The notes below the pieces were generated by a model. It saw nothing but the letters and a program-made list of their open reading frames with translations. It was not told the DNA's origin and did no database searches. From positions 1,798,001 through 1,862,000 of the forward strand of contig JASVEC010000002.1 in assembly GCA_030770535.1 (NCBI GenBank): DNA of 64,000 nt, written 5' to 3'. The stretch is from Batkoa obscura (lineage: Eukaryota). This document shows positions 41,584 through 53,291 of the stretch, in pieces. Made by a program: the position numbers and the translations under genes. Within the stretch, counting starts at the first letter, position 1. Every line of letters begins with the position of its first letter.

Positions 41584-42688
41584 ATGAGTTTATTAGCCAG
41601 AAGAATAGGATGGAATAATATAATAAAAACATCAAGAATCAATGTCCAACCATTTGCAAAGAATAAGTATGTCATCTTTAAAAATCAAACTGAAGTTTAA
41701 CTTAATCCCATAAAGTTTAAAGATTAGCTTAAGATTTAATTTCAATACGCCACAAAAAAAGGATGATACAGAAGTACCAAAAGTAGCCTTAGTTCATATA
41801 TGATTGATACTCGTTTTTAATTAATATTTATAGCTTCAGCTTAAAGAAAACATTTATACTATTCCCAATTTATTAACTGTAAGTCGACTAGCTTCCTCAC
41901 CATTATTAGGCTATTGGATAGTCAATGGGCAGTACAACTATGCTTTATCATTATTTATAGTATCTGGGATAACGGATGTGGTAAATTTTATTTTTTTACG
42001 ATAGAATATAATGATAAAAATAATAATACTGATGGTAAACTAGTTAGATGGATATATAGCTAGAAAATACAATATGCAGACAATAGTAGGTTCAATCATT
42101 GATCCTTTAGCAGATAAAGTTTTAATGACAGTATTGACCGTTTCTCTCACTTGTCAGAATTTAATACCACGTGAGTTATTATACTATATTATACCATGTT
42201 GTTTTATATCATTTGCTATAATATAAGCTAATATTTTATGCTACATCTTTTTAAAATTCTTAAATAATCTAATTGAACTTTTAGTTCCTTTAGCCATTGT
42301 GATCTTGGGAAGAGATGTGTTATTAGTTTTAGCATCTTTTTATTATCGTTATATATCTTTACCAGCACCAAAAACATTTCAAAGATACTGGGATTTCTCA
42401 ATACCTTCAGCTGAAGTAAGACCAACTAATATTTCTAAATTAAACACCTTTTTACAATTGGCATTGATGGGCTCTACGCTTTTATCCACCGTTGTTGGAG
42501 CTATCGGACATCCGGCTTTGATCGGGTTACAGTGAGTTTTTTTGTTTTTAATCATTGAGTTTTTGATTAAATTATATTTTAGATACATTGTAGGAGCTAC
42601 CACTATAGGTTCTGGGATCAGTTACGTTATTTCTAAAGATGCAGTTAGGATTTTAAAGCCTACTAAAAAGATTATTAAACAAAAGTAA
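41584..42688 (+). CDS. CRD1: Cardiolipin synthase (CDP-alcohol phosphatidyltransferase), multi-exon
   Basis: Presequence; ENIYTIPNLLT.SR; TD.LDGYIARKYNM.T..GSIIDPLADK; SLPAPKTFQRYWDFSIPSAEVRPT.ISK.NT. Confidence 0.94.
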
Positions 42689-43260
42689 ATTTCTTAATAG
42701 TGTCTTATTTTTTTGTTTTAATTTTAACTTATTTTACAATTGTTTAATCACATCAATTAAATAATCTTGTTTTAATTTCATACTGTTATTATGTTTCTAA
42801 AAGAATACAAACTTATTTTTCTTCTTATGATGGAAGAACAATGGGCTTTAAAAGTATGTGTAATAGCGATAAAGAAGCTTGAAAACATTAATAATTACTA
42901 TACTAGAGGTTAGCCAATATATATGAAAATAAAAGCTAACACTATTAAAAAACCTTGCTTTTTTATAAGACTTTGAAATATATGTTATAATTATAGTCTA
43001 TTATGTTATTATTGTTAAACTAGTTATTTGTTGGATACTTTTTATCACCTCTTGATTATAATAACTTTAGACTTATTATTAGATGTACTTCTAGAAAAAC
43101 AATTAGACATTACTTTCGAACTATAAAAACAGCTATGGTATTATTGTGAAGTGTTTTAGGTAGTATGATATCCTAGAAAACTGTTATTAAATAAACAGTT
43201 TTATCACTGTTAAATTCTAGTTTCGACTTTTATCTTAGATGTGTAAAATAACATATATTT

Positions 43261-43358
43261 GGGGTTGTCTCTTTTTGTTAGAATTTTACTAACAACTTTT
43301 TCATTTAAATAGTGTTTACAAGATGAAAAAAGTAATGAAATTAGAAAAAATATTTCCC
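43261..43358 (-). mobile_element. Degenerate MITE family A copy (reverse)
   Basis: GGGGTTGT...AGAATTTTACTAACAA...AAAAAAGTAATGAAA...TTCCC. Confidence 0.72.
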
Positions 43359-43599
43359 TTTTCTATAACCAGTCGAGTACAACTGTTGGTTAATTTTAGC
43401 TCTTGGCTTTGGGATTTAATATAGTGATGAGGTATAGATTATTTTCCTGTTTTGTTTCTTTGTTTTTGTTATTAAAGTTAATTTAAAATCAGCTAAGGCA
43501 CTACACAATATGTTTGCTTTAGTGCTTTAATAAATAATTATAAATTATAATGTATACTTGATTTAATAAACTTATCCCTTATAAAAATCGTTATATAAA

Positions 43600-45114
43600 A
43601 TGTCAAACAATAAAATTACCTTATAGCGAAGATGGTGATAGTAAGAACAAAATATTAATCATAGCTAATGAGCAAGTCAACTCGATCGATTTAAATAACC
43701 GACCAAAAGAACTATTAATCAAGAAATAACAAGTGATAAAAGATTAACCGTGGATCTAGCTACCGACCTCGAGTATTTAAACAACTTGGAGTTTTCCGAG
43801 TTTATACAAGGAATAAATCACCTAAATTCATTATCAGTAAGCGAAAGTTATTTATTAGTAAAAAAAACTACTAGTTGAACCAAAGATAAAGCGGTGAATA
43901 ACCAAAATTAAAATGTAAGTATCATAGATTATCTAAAAGAAAGAGAGATGATGGCGGTTTTCTACCTTGTTCCTATAGTATCTCCATTGGCCATGGAATT
44001 CATGACCAAAAATTCCTAAAGTCAATGTTAGTAACTGCATGCACAATCATCCTTCTTTCCTTAATAATGATAAAAAAACATGTAATAGATGATTATAGTA
44101 TATCTGTTTTAAATGAACAACAGAATAATATTATAGATGTTAATAATCAATCACAAGAAACTAATAGTCTAGTGGCTACAAACTATGATGATCAAAGTGA
44201 ACATATAGCCACCAATAAATATCCTTTAAATAATCTTGAGTTTACAGATATAATAAAAGCCATGGGCCATATAATATCACTAACATTAAATAAGAACTAT
44301 TTATTAGTAAAAAAAAATTGAAATCGAAGAAAAGATAACCCACTTTTTCATCAAACATTAAAATGTAAATATTCCAGTAAACCAAGTTTAAATAAAAATA
44401 ATTTGAATTGCTTGTCATTTCCATATAAAGCCTCCAGTGGTCATGAAATTAAGGGGAATCTAACATTTAAAGTTACTGTCTTTAAGTTTATCCATAATCA
44501 TCTACCTGTATTTATCAATAATCTAGAAGAGGGGATGGAGTTGATAAAGGATCCTACCAAAAAGCCGATATCATTAGAATACTCAAATGAAGGAAATTTA
44601 AAGGGTCACAAAACGTACCACAGTTAGATTCAGAGGACTCAAATACTCAATTTTCTATTGAAGAAGCTAAAGATAAATCTAAAAAACAAATTACTAATTC
44701 TATTAAGCTTCTATCGATTTCTAATGTTACAAGTAGACATTATGATAAGTTATCGCCACTAAATAAGTAGCCTCTTATTGCTAGCACATCATTTTTAAAA
44801 AATAACCATAGTACAATTATAACATGAAAACAATCAAGATAGCGCTAAGGGTAGAGCTATATTGTATGAAAGTAATCCAACTAATACTAGTCATATGAGC
44901 ATTGTATCTAGAAACAATCAAGACAAAAATAATATAACTATATCACTAAATAATACCCAAAAAAAGACTGTTATGTAATTATATCACATGAAAATAAGCA
45001 AAATAACGACAGTATCATAACTACATATGAAGTTAGTCGAAATAACATTAGCGCAGCTATATTGCCTGAAAATAATTATAAAAAAGTTCTAAAAAATTCA
45101 AACATTAAAAATAG
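43600..45114 (+). pseudogene. Decayed tandem paralog of the 45510 zinc-finger gene
   Basis: Begins ATGTCAAACAATAAA like 45510; retains KCKYHRLSKRK...PCSYSISIGHG and VNVSNCMHNH, but has stops (e.g. 43624, 43876) and frameshifts. Confidence 0.85.
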
Positions 45115-45509
45115 TATATTTCAAATTTAAGCTCTTTTTGTGTTTTTTAATAAGTTTTTTTTAACTTAGACCTTAATCTTTTGTTATATGGAATTTGAAC
45201 TAATACTCATTTTTATTAACATTTATTTAGCCAAGACATCATTAATGATGACTAAAATTATTGTTTTATAGCCAATCAAATCTAACCATCAGTTGGTTTT
45301 AAACTAGGCTGTAAATTTGGTATGGTGATGAGTAACAAATTTTATCTCTGATAACTAATTTAACTTATTTTAAACATATATTACAATATATATAATATAG
45401 CCATAAATATTATAAGGTATCATAAACTTACATTTTAACAAACGGTAACCAAAAATTGTTCTTTAACTTTTATTTAATAAGTATTTACTGATAAAAATAA
45501 ACATTCTAA

Positions 45510-47165
45510 ATGTCAAATAATAAAGTTAATAGAGAGGATGACAATAAAGATGATAACTCATCAACTATAAAAAGTATTCAAGATAATAGAATAAATTCAA
45601 ATACAGAAGATTCTTATAATCACAATGATAACAATAATGTTAATAAAATATATACACAAGATGAACAAACTAAATCAATAGATTCTAATATTCAATCACA
45701 AGGAGCTAACGTCTCAAATTTAACAAAAAAACAACCAACTGAAACTTTGACTACAAAGCTCGAGTATCTCAATAGTTTAGAATATAAGAATTTAGAAAAT
45801 GGTGTGGATCATCTTGTGTCATTATCATTAAGTGAAGGTTATTTATTAAACAAAGCAAAATACAAAAGGCTTAAAGATAATAGAATGAGTTATGTAAGAT
45901 TAAAATGCAGGTTTCATCGATTATCAAAAAGGAAAAAAGGAGATAATAATAGTTTTGTTCCTTGTCCTTATTCAATTTCAATTGGTCATGGTGTTCGTGG
46001 TAGAGATGTTTTTAAGGTTAATGTTAGTAATTGTAGCCATAATCATTATTCAATGTTTAATAAAGATAAAGAGAAGAAAATTGATAATAACAATGCCATT
46101 TTAAATAAAGAAAGCAGCGAAAATGAAAACAAAAATACATCAGTTATTAATCAACAAAATAGTACATCAGATATTGATGCTCAATCACAAAACAATACAA
46201 CAAATAGTAGTAATCAGCACGAAGAAAACAGCGCAACAGATGATAATAATCAACCACGACAGATTAATAGTGTAATATTCACAGTTAATGACAACCAAAC
46301 TGAGCATATAACTACGAATCAGGATTCCTTGAATAAGCTAGAATTTCCAGATATAATCGAAGGTGTCAACCGTATTGTATCATTAGCAGTAAGTGAAGGC
46401 TACTTATTAGTCAAAAGTAAAACAGATCGAATAAAAAATAAATCCCTTAATCATCAAGGATTAAAATGCAAATTTTATCGAAAATCAAGTTTAAATAATG
46501 ATAATTTAAATTATTTGTCTTGTCCATATAAAATTTCAATCGGCCGTAAAATTAGGGGAAGTACAACCTATAGAGTAAATGTAATTAATTGTAAACATAA
46601 TCATCCACCTATGTTTCAAAATGAGATTAAAAAAGAGCTACAAGTTGTAGAGGGTATAAGTAATCAATCATCTCTATTACAATATTTGAATAACAGAAAA
46701 TTTAAAGATATTGATGCAATACTACAATTGAACTCCGAAGACTTAAATCATCAATTTTCTATTAAAGATGCTAAAGAAAAATTGAAAAAGCTAATCTCAA
46801 ATACTTTGGATTTACTACCAATTAATAAACTCTTATCGATTTCTGATGTTATTAATTCGTATTATGATGAACTATTAAGAGCTAATAATCAAAATCTTTC
46901 CAATGGTGCTTTTGCTCTTCAATATGATTCTACAGAATTCGCTATAGAAAACGAAAATGAGCAAATTAATACTAGAGATAGAATTTTAGCAATCCTAAAT
47001 GAACAAGATGGTAATGATATTGGGTCTAGATCGCCTGAAAATAACCAAACCATTAGTGATACAACTTTGCCATCCAAAATAAGTCAAAATAATACTAATA
47101 GTCCAAGTATATTGCATGAAGATAATCCAGAAGAAAGGGTTAAAAAACCAAAACATCAGCAATAG
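45510..47165 (+). CDS. Protein with two FAR1/AFT-like (WRKY-GCM1 fold) C2H2 zinc-binding domains; putative transcription factor
   Basis: Internal ~90-aa duplication SEGYLL...LKC..R.S...CPY.ISIG...VNV.NC.HNH; N/Q/S-rich linkers; basic C-terminal RVKKPK. Confidence 0.7.
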   Translation: MSNNKVNREDDNKDDNSSTIKSIQDNRINSNTEDSYNHNDNNNVNKIYTQDEQTKSIDSNIQSQGANVSNLTKKQPTETLTTKLEYLNSLEYKNLENGVDHLVSLSLSEGYLLNKAKYKRLKDNRMSYVRLKCRFHRLSKRKKGDNNSFVPCPYSISIGHGVRGRDVFKVNVSNCSHNHYSMFNKDKEKKIDNNNAILNKESSENENKNTSVINQQNSTSDIDAQSQNNTTNSSNQHEENSATDDNNQPRQINSVIFTVNDNQTEHITTNQDSLNKLEFPDIIEGVNRIVSLAVSEGYLLVKSKTDRIKNKSLNHQGLKCKFYRKSSLNNDNLNYLSCPYKISIGRKIRGSTTYRVNVINCKHNHPPMFQNEIKKELQVVEGISNQSSLLQYLNNRKFKDIDAILQLNSEDLNHQFSIKDAKEKLKKLISNTLDLLPINKLLSISDVINSYYDELLRANNQNLSNGAFALQYDSTEFAIENENEQINTRDRILAILNEQDGNDIGSRSPENNQTISDTTLPSKISQNNTNSPSILHEDNPEERVKKPKHQQ

Positions 47166-47521
47166 TGATTATATCTCATTCTATCCTTTTCATCTCTTTT
47201 TTAATAAACGCGAATTACACTTATTTTTAATATTATATTTATTTTTAATTTAGTTCAAAATTTACAGTAAAATTAGTTAACCATATTAAAAATAAATTGA
47301 AAAATGATATTACCTAAACTTGGAAAATGAGGTCATTATTTGAAAGATTTCGAAGGAGATATTCAAAATCAATTCAAGCCACTTTTTAATCAAAAATTAA
47401 TTGTTAACTATCACTTTTAAATTTTTTATTATAAAAAAAGCCACTCATTTCACTATAATTAACATATAACAAGTATAGTCAATAAAAAAACAAATAAAAG
47501 AAGAAGTAGGACGATCCAAAT

Positions 47522-50502
47522 ATGGACAATAGCAATTTAAATTACTTTAGTATAAGTCCACCATTAACCAAAAGAAATTCTCAATATGAATTAAAAACAA
47601 TTAAAAGTAAAACAATAGTAAAAATACCTTATTCAAACCTAAGTAACATGTATACAAATCATGAAGAAAATCCAATAAAATCTCCACCAAATGCCTTATT
47701 AAGTCCTATGAAACCCAGTACTTATCCATTAATGCAACAAGCTTTATTTAATAAACACAATTTTTATAATTTAGAAGATAGTTCGGGGAAATTGTACAAT
47801 TATTTAAACAATAATATATTACAACAAAAACAGCAACAGTCATTAAAAGAAGAAAGGGAAGAAAGATTACAAGTGTTAAAGAAACTAGGTAGTACTAATA
47901 ATCATAGAGTAAGAGCTATGTCTCATTCTAATTCCTATCCGCCAAATTCACCAAAGAGATTAATGTTATTGTTACAATCGAATACTACCAGTAGTCAACC
48001 AAAATTATTGTCCGAAGAACCAGAGGAGTACTCATATACTAATTCAGGAACAAAAAGTCCACCATCAATAGAATTAACACAAACCTTCTCTCAAGCTTTA
48101 TCCACAGATAAAAATCATTTGAATGTTCAAACAGGAAATCGACCTGGAAGTGGCATAGTTAAACCAATCAAATTCAATGAAAAATTCACTATAACAATAT
48201 TAAATGTAAATCACAATCGACCATTAAATCCAAGTTATGTGGTAGTTACTTTTGGTGATAAAATTTATCAAACTCCTTTAAGTAAAGAAAAGAATGGAAA
48301 TTGGAATTGTACTTTCGAGTTTGAAGTTTCTTATCATTATCAATTATTTGGTACTTGTCAGGTAAATGACAGTTGTTAAGGATTTATTGTAATGAAATTA
48401 ATTGACCTTGTTCCTTTAGTTAGATTTATATGAATATACTTGGCTTATACCCGACAGTCATAAAGGTAGAGCAGAAATAAGATTAGCTACTTTAGATGGA
48501 TTTCCAGAAAGTTTTAAAAAGTAAATAACTAATAATAATATAAAATGTAATTAATAATTAACAATAATAATTTTAGTTATTATGAATTATATGATCGAAA
48601 ATATTCACTTGGAACAATATCTGAATTAGCAAGACGTACTAAATTAACTCAAAATTTAGGGGCAATTCAAGTCAAAATTAATTATCGATTTATGAAACCA
48701 AGCAGCAGAAAGGATTATTTAAAATTCAGTAGTCAACATAATAATAATAATCAATTCAGTTCAATCGAACGAGAGAGTATAAAAGAAGAAGACAATAATA
48801 TTGATAATAATACTAATAATGAAGAAAATAATGAAATTGAAATTGATACTAAAGATATTGAAAGTGAAAGACAATTACACGAAGTTTTAATAAACCCATT
48901 GATTAAAGAAAATTTTAACAAAATTGAAGAGGACGATAACAATAATAATAAAGATCCTTATTCATATGGTAAAGTATCTCTAATTTCTGGAGATTCTGAT
49001 TCTATTCACGATCAATTGTTAAATAATGATGATGATGAAGGTATGTTTAATTTTGTAGGTTCTTATATTTTATCCAAAGGTACTAGAGCAGTACTGAAGG
49101 GTATAACTAGAGTTTATTTGGCGTTTGTAAGTTTGTATTATAATATGTTATAATATATTTATTAATATTCTATTTTCAGAATCAAGGTTTAGAATTAAAA
49201 TATATTGAATTTTTCAATGGTATATTGTTATTAGAAAAATATTATTTGAAAGAAACAGAATTATTGTCACAAAAAGAAGAATGTGTATCGGACTCGAGTT
49301 TGTTAATTACCAATTTTTCTAAAGTGAAGGAAGCCAATTATTTTTATAAATATGCTTTAGCAGCTTACGGTTGGCGAGGTTTAGTATTTTTTTCCAAAAT
49401 AACGCCTTTAACAGCAGGACAAATAATGACAGACCATGGGGCAATTAAAGAATATTTAAAATTAAATGATAATTTATTATTAGGCTATGAATTTCGATCT
49501 AATGAATTATTTCAACCTACTTATTTTATTGCTTTGGATCAAATTACTCAATCTCTAGTTATTAGTATTAGAGGAACTATGGTAATTTTATTGCTTATTG
49601 TTATTATACTATACATTCTATCCCATTAAGTTATTTTATTTATTGTTTATTATTAGAGTGTTTTAGATACTTTGACAGATTTAGTATGTGAATACCAACC
49701 TTGGCGAGGTGGATTAGTCCATTCAGGTATTTTAGCTGTAGCCCAAAGTTTAATGAAAAACGTAATTCCTAGTGTGATGGCACATGCAATACAACATCAA
49801 GTACGAAAGATCTATCTAGTCGGTCATTCGTTAGGTGGGGCCACTGCTTCATTATTAACAATGATGTTAATAGATCATTTACATGAATTTCGACTACCTA
49901 AACCAGAATTTGAACTAAGATGCTTTGCTTTTGGACCACCACCTTCCTTTTCCTTAAATTTAGCTAAATCAGAAAGATATTTACCTTATATTCATACCTT
50001 TGTGGTACAAAATGATATTATTCCTAGATTATCTTATGGTGCTATGATGGATTTTAAAGCTGCAGTTTTGGCAGCAACAGAAGTTATTAATGAACATAAT
50101 CCATCAGTATTGTCAATGGAAAGGTTTACTTCGATGTTTCAAACCTCAGAAGAAGCTAAAAAACAATTAGAATTGAAATTTGAGATATTAGATAAAGCTT
50201 TGAAGCATCAATTAAAAGTGGAACAGCTAAATCCTAAATTATATTTAGCAGGGAAAATTTATCATCTAAAGTCAAAAGATAAATTAGTTACTCCATTTGA
50301 TAAGTTAAACAATGGCAGTAAAGAGAAACAAAAGAAAAAAATATTTTATTATTGTTTTTCCGAAGAGGCAGATAACTTTTTGGGGATTAAAGTTAATTCG
50401 TCGATGCTTCTAGATCATTTACCTTCCGCTTATGATTTTGCTTTGGAACAAGCTCAAGATCTGATTGATCAATTGGCCGACTTTGCTGATACTAAACTTT
50501 AA
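47522..50502 (+). CDS. C2-domain + class 3 lipase (diacylglycerol-lipase-like), multi-exon
   Basis: C2-like YVVVTFG...YQT...WN..FEF; LVISIRGT; VHSGIL; nucleophile VGHSLGG; CFAFGPP; NDIIPRLS; DHLPSAY. Confidence 0.88.
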
Positions 50503-50775
50503 ATAAGGGTGATTTTAGTGTAATTAGGTTTATTATATTTTAGAATGTAATTTGTACATGTATTATTTTTTATAGTTAACTAATTTTATCAAATTCAATT
50601 AAATTATATGAATCTTTATATTTATTAATTTAATCCTTTTTATATAATAAAAAACAATTTGAATCAAAATAGTATAAAAAGGTTGCTATTACTTTCATAT
50701 AATTACTAACAATACCTAGTCTCTAAAAAACCTTTCTACTTTATTTTATTATAATCTAATATTCCTATTATCCCT

Positions 50776-51387
50776 TCATGATGAACAACATTTTTTTACT
50801 TGTCTATTATTTGTTTTTTTTTGACGTATAGTATCATTATCATTAATTTCATGACCTTCATTTAAGTTTAATTCTATATTTAAAAAAAAATTAGTAATCT
50901 ATCTCTTTTTTAAAATTTACTATTTGATAAAAATAATAAAAATAATAAAAATATGAACTTACTATAACTTGCACCTTCTTTAGATTTAACTGCTTGCACT
51001 ACATTTCTTTCTAATATTTTGGCTACTTCTTTGGCGTATTGGATGGACTTTTGGTGAGAATAGATTAAATAAAAGATTAATTCAAATGTTTTTATTAATA
51101 ATAAATGGATATGGAACTTACCTTGTTTATTGTATCTTCATTTGTTTCATTTCTATATAACTCAAACTCACTTCGTGTCTTCAAATGAGCAGCTATTTTA
51201 GAAGATTAATTCAATTCAAATTACAATCCATCATATCAATATTAAAACTACCTTTTAACGTTGGCAAATCACCTGGATAAGCAAAAGTTAATAAATTTGA
51301 AAAGCTTTGGGATCGTATTTTACCTTTAAAGCAAGTACGTTGTACTTTGAGTAAATAGCGATAAACTTGAATGGCTTTTGGGTTCAT
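50776..51387 (-). CDS. MZM1: LYR-motif Rieske chaperone Mzm1/LYRM7, 5 exons; absent from ORF track
   Basis: Spliced MNPKAIQVYRYLLKVQRTCFKGD...R.EF...VAKILERNVVQA...HEINDNDTI...KKCCSS. Confidence 0.85.
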
Positions 51388-51645
51388 TTAAAAAACAAGA
51401 ATAGAAGCTAATTTTTGGATTAAACTGAATTTTAAAGTAAAATTCGAGTTTAAAATAAAACTAAAAATTGAAAAAATCCTTCTATGATCATATCTACAAT
51501 TAATTAATATTAAACTAAAATCAACAAATAAAACATTGTTGGAAAAACTATTCTTTTTTAATTTATAATATATTTTTATTTTTTAATATAAATCATCAAT
51601 TTCAATCTCTCATAACCCTATTCCTCAATTCGCTTTACTAGAATT

Positions 51646-51935
51646 CTATTTCTTCTTTTCAGTTTGGTGGTCTATATCTAAATCAAACAGCTCTTTCCCA
51701 TCTTTAACAGGAAATTTCTGTTCTAATTTATCTGATACAAAAGTACCTAATAATGCTATGCTAATACCAGCTAAAAAAATTAAATAATTAAAATTAATAT
51801 TCTTAATGAATAATAACATTTACTTAATCCTATAACCAACCTCGTTCTCTTTGGTAATGACGTAAATGATTGAAATATACTTTTACTTTTCTTTGTTGAT
51901 GGTGGGGGATTCATAGATTGCTTGTATAAGGCCAT
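51646..51935 (-). CDS. Small (~79 aa) single-TM protein, 2 exons; absent from ORF track
   Basis: Spliced MALYKQSM...SIFQSFTSLPKRTRLVIGLTGISIALLGTFVSDKLEQKFP...; clean GT-AG intron. Confidence 0.7.
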
Positions 51936-52092
51936 GATTGTTTTTTCTGTAATAAAGAATGAATAAAATGTTTTTGAAACTGAAAAATTGAAAAGCTTAA
52001 AATGGGTTGTATTTTTTCTAGAATATAATTAGTCATCAAAGTCAACTTTAAATTGAGATTTCAATTACTTTTTTAGTTCTTCATCTTTTTAT

Positions 52093-52994
52093 ATGATGTT
52101 CCTTCAACGCACCAAATCGACATTACAAAGTTTAAAACAAACAGTAAATTAATATTAAGTATAAATAGAACAGGTATTTTAACCCTTAAACTCAGCCCAT
52201 AATAACCAAAGGGATATCATTGAATCCTAATATATTATTTGTACGGGGAGAGAAAACTGATGTCAATAGTTTAAAGCAAGGTATGTTTGTTGAATATGAA
52301 AATAAATTATGGAATATATTACATAAAGAGCATGCTATTTCTGGTAGAGGCTCAGCTAAGATAAAGGTAAGTTATTATTAAATTAGTATTTTTTTCAAAA
52401 ATATGAACTGAGTTATTTTTTTAAAATTAGCTTGAACTTTCTTTAGTTACTGGTAACTTAAAAAAAGTAGAAAGATTTAAACCTGGGGATACTTTGGACG
52501 GTAAGGAGAAAATATTGATGATTATTATGATATTCATTTTTCACATTATAAATAGTGAAAACAGTCAAACCTGAACTTTATCAATATTTATATTCGGATG
52601 GGGAAGAAGTGCACTTATTACATCCAGAAACGTATGATCAAATCTCATTACCAGAAGCAAGTTTTTCAGGCAATGAACGTGGTAAATTGTTTTTAGAAGG
52701 TAATAAAAAAAACTCAATTATAACTTAATACTTGGTAATAATGAAACCTATACAGATGGTATGAACGTATATGTTGATGCTTTAGAAGGAGAAACTCCAA
52801 TTTCTTTTCGCTTACCAGAAAATTATAAATATGAAGTAGTGTCTGTTGATATTAAAAAACAAGCCTCTAGAGGGGTATCAAATTGTCCAGCTACCCTTAA
52901 AAATGGCGTTACTTTAACTGTACCTGAATTCGTTAAACCAGGTGATTTTATTATTGTAGACTTACTTAACTTAAAGTATAAAGAAAGAGCTTAA
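52093..52994 (+). CDS. efp: Bacterial-type elongation factor P with probable mitochondrial presequence, 5 exons
   Basis: Spliced: presequence, then VNSLKQGMFVEYENKLW...HAISGRGSAKIKLEL...ERFKPGDTL...YQYLYSDG...PETYDQISL...PATLKNGVTLTVPEFVKPGDFIIVD...YKERA, i.e. all three EF-P domains. Confidence 0.88.
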
Positions 52995-53291
52995 AGGGAT
53001 TTTTGTAAAAAAAACCGTGGTGAATAAACTAGATGAACTAATATTGTTTTATTCATCATTATAATATGCTATTAAATAGCTTGAATATGTTAAAATTATG
53101 TAATAGTTTTTTCAACATAACTAATACTAGTTAGTTTCAAATTTTAATAGTGTAATAAAATATGGGGCTTTGATAATATTTACTTTAGTGTAGCATTAAC
53201 TTAAAAGGTCAAAAATCGATATATATATTGATTAGCTTTATATTTATTTAAAAAGCAATTTAGTTTTTATTTTTGATAACATTTGGTAATA

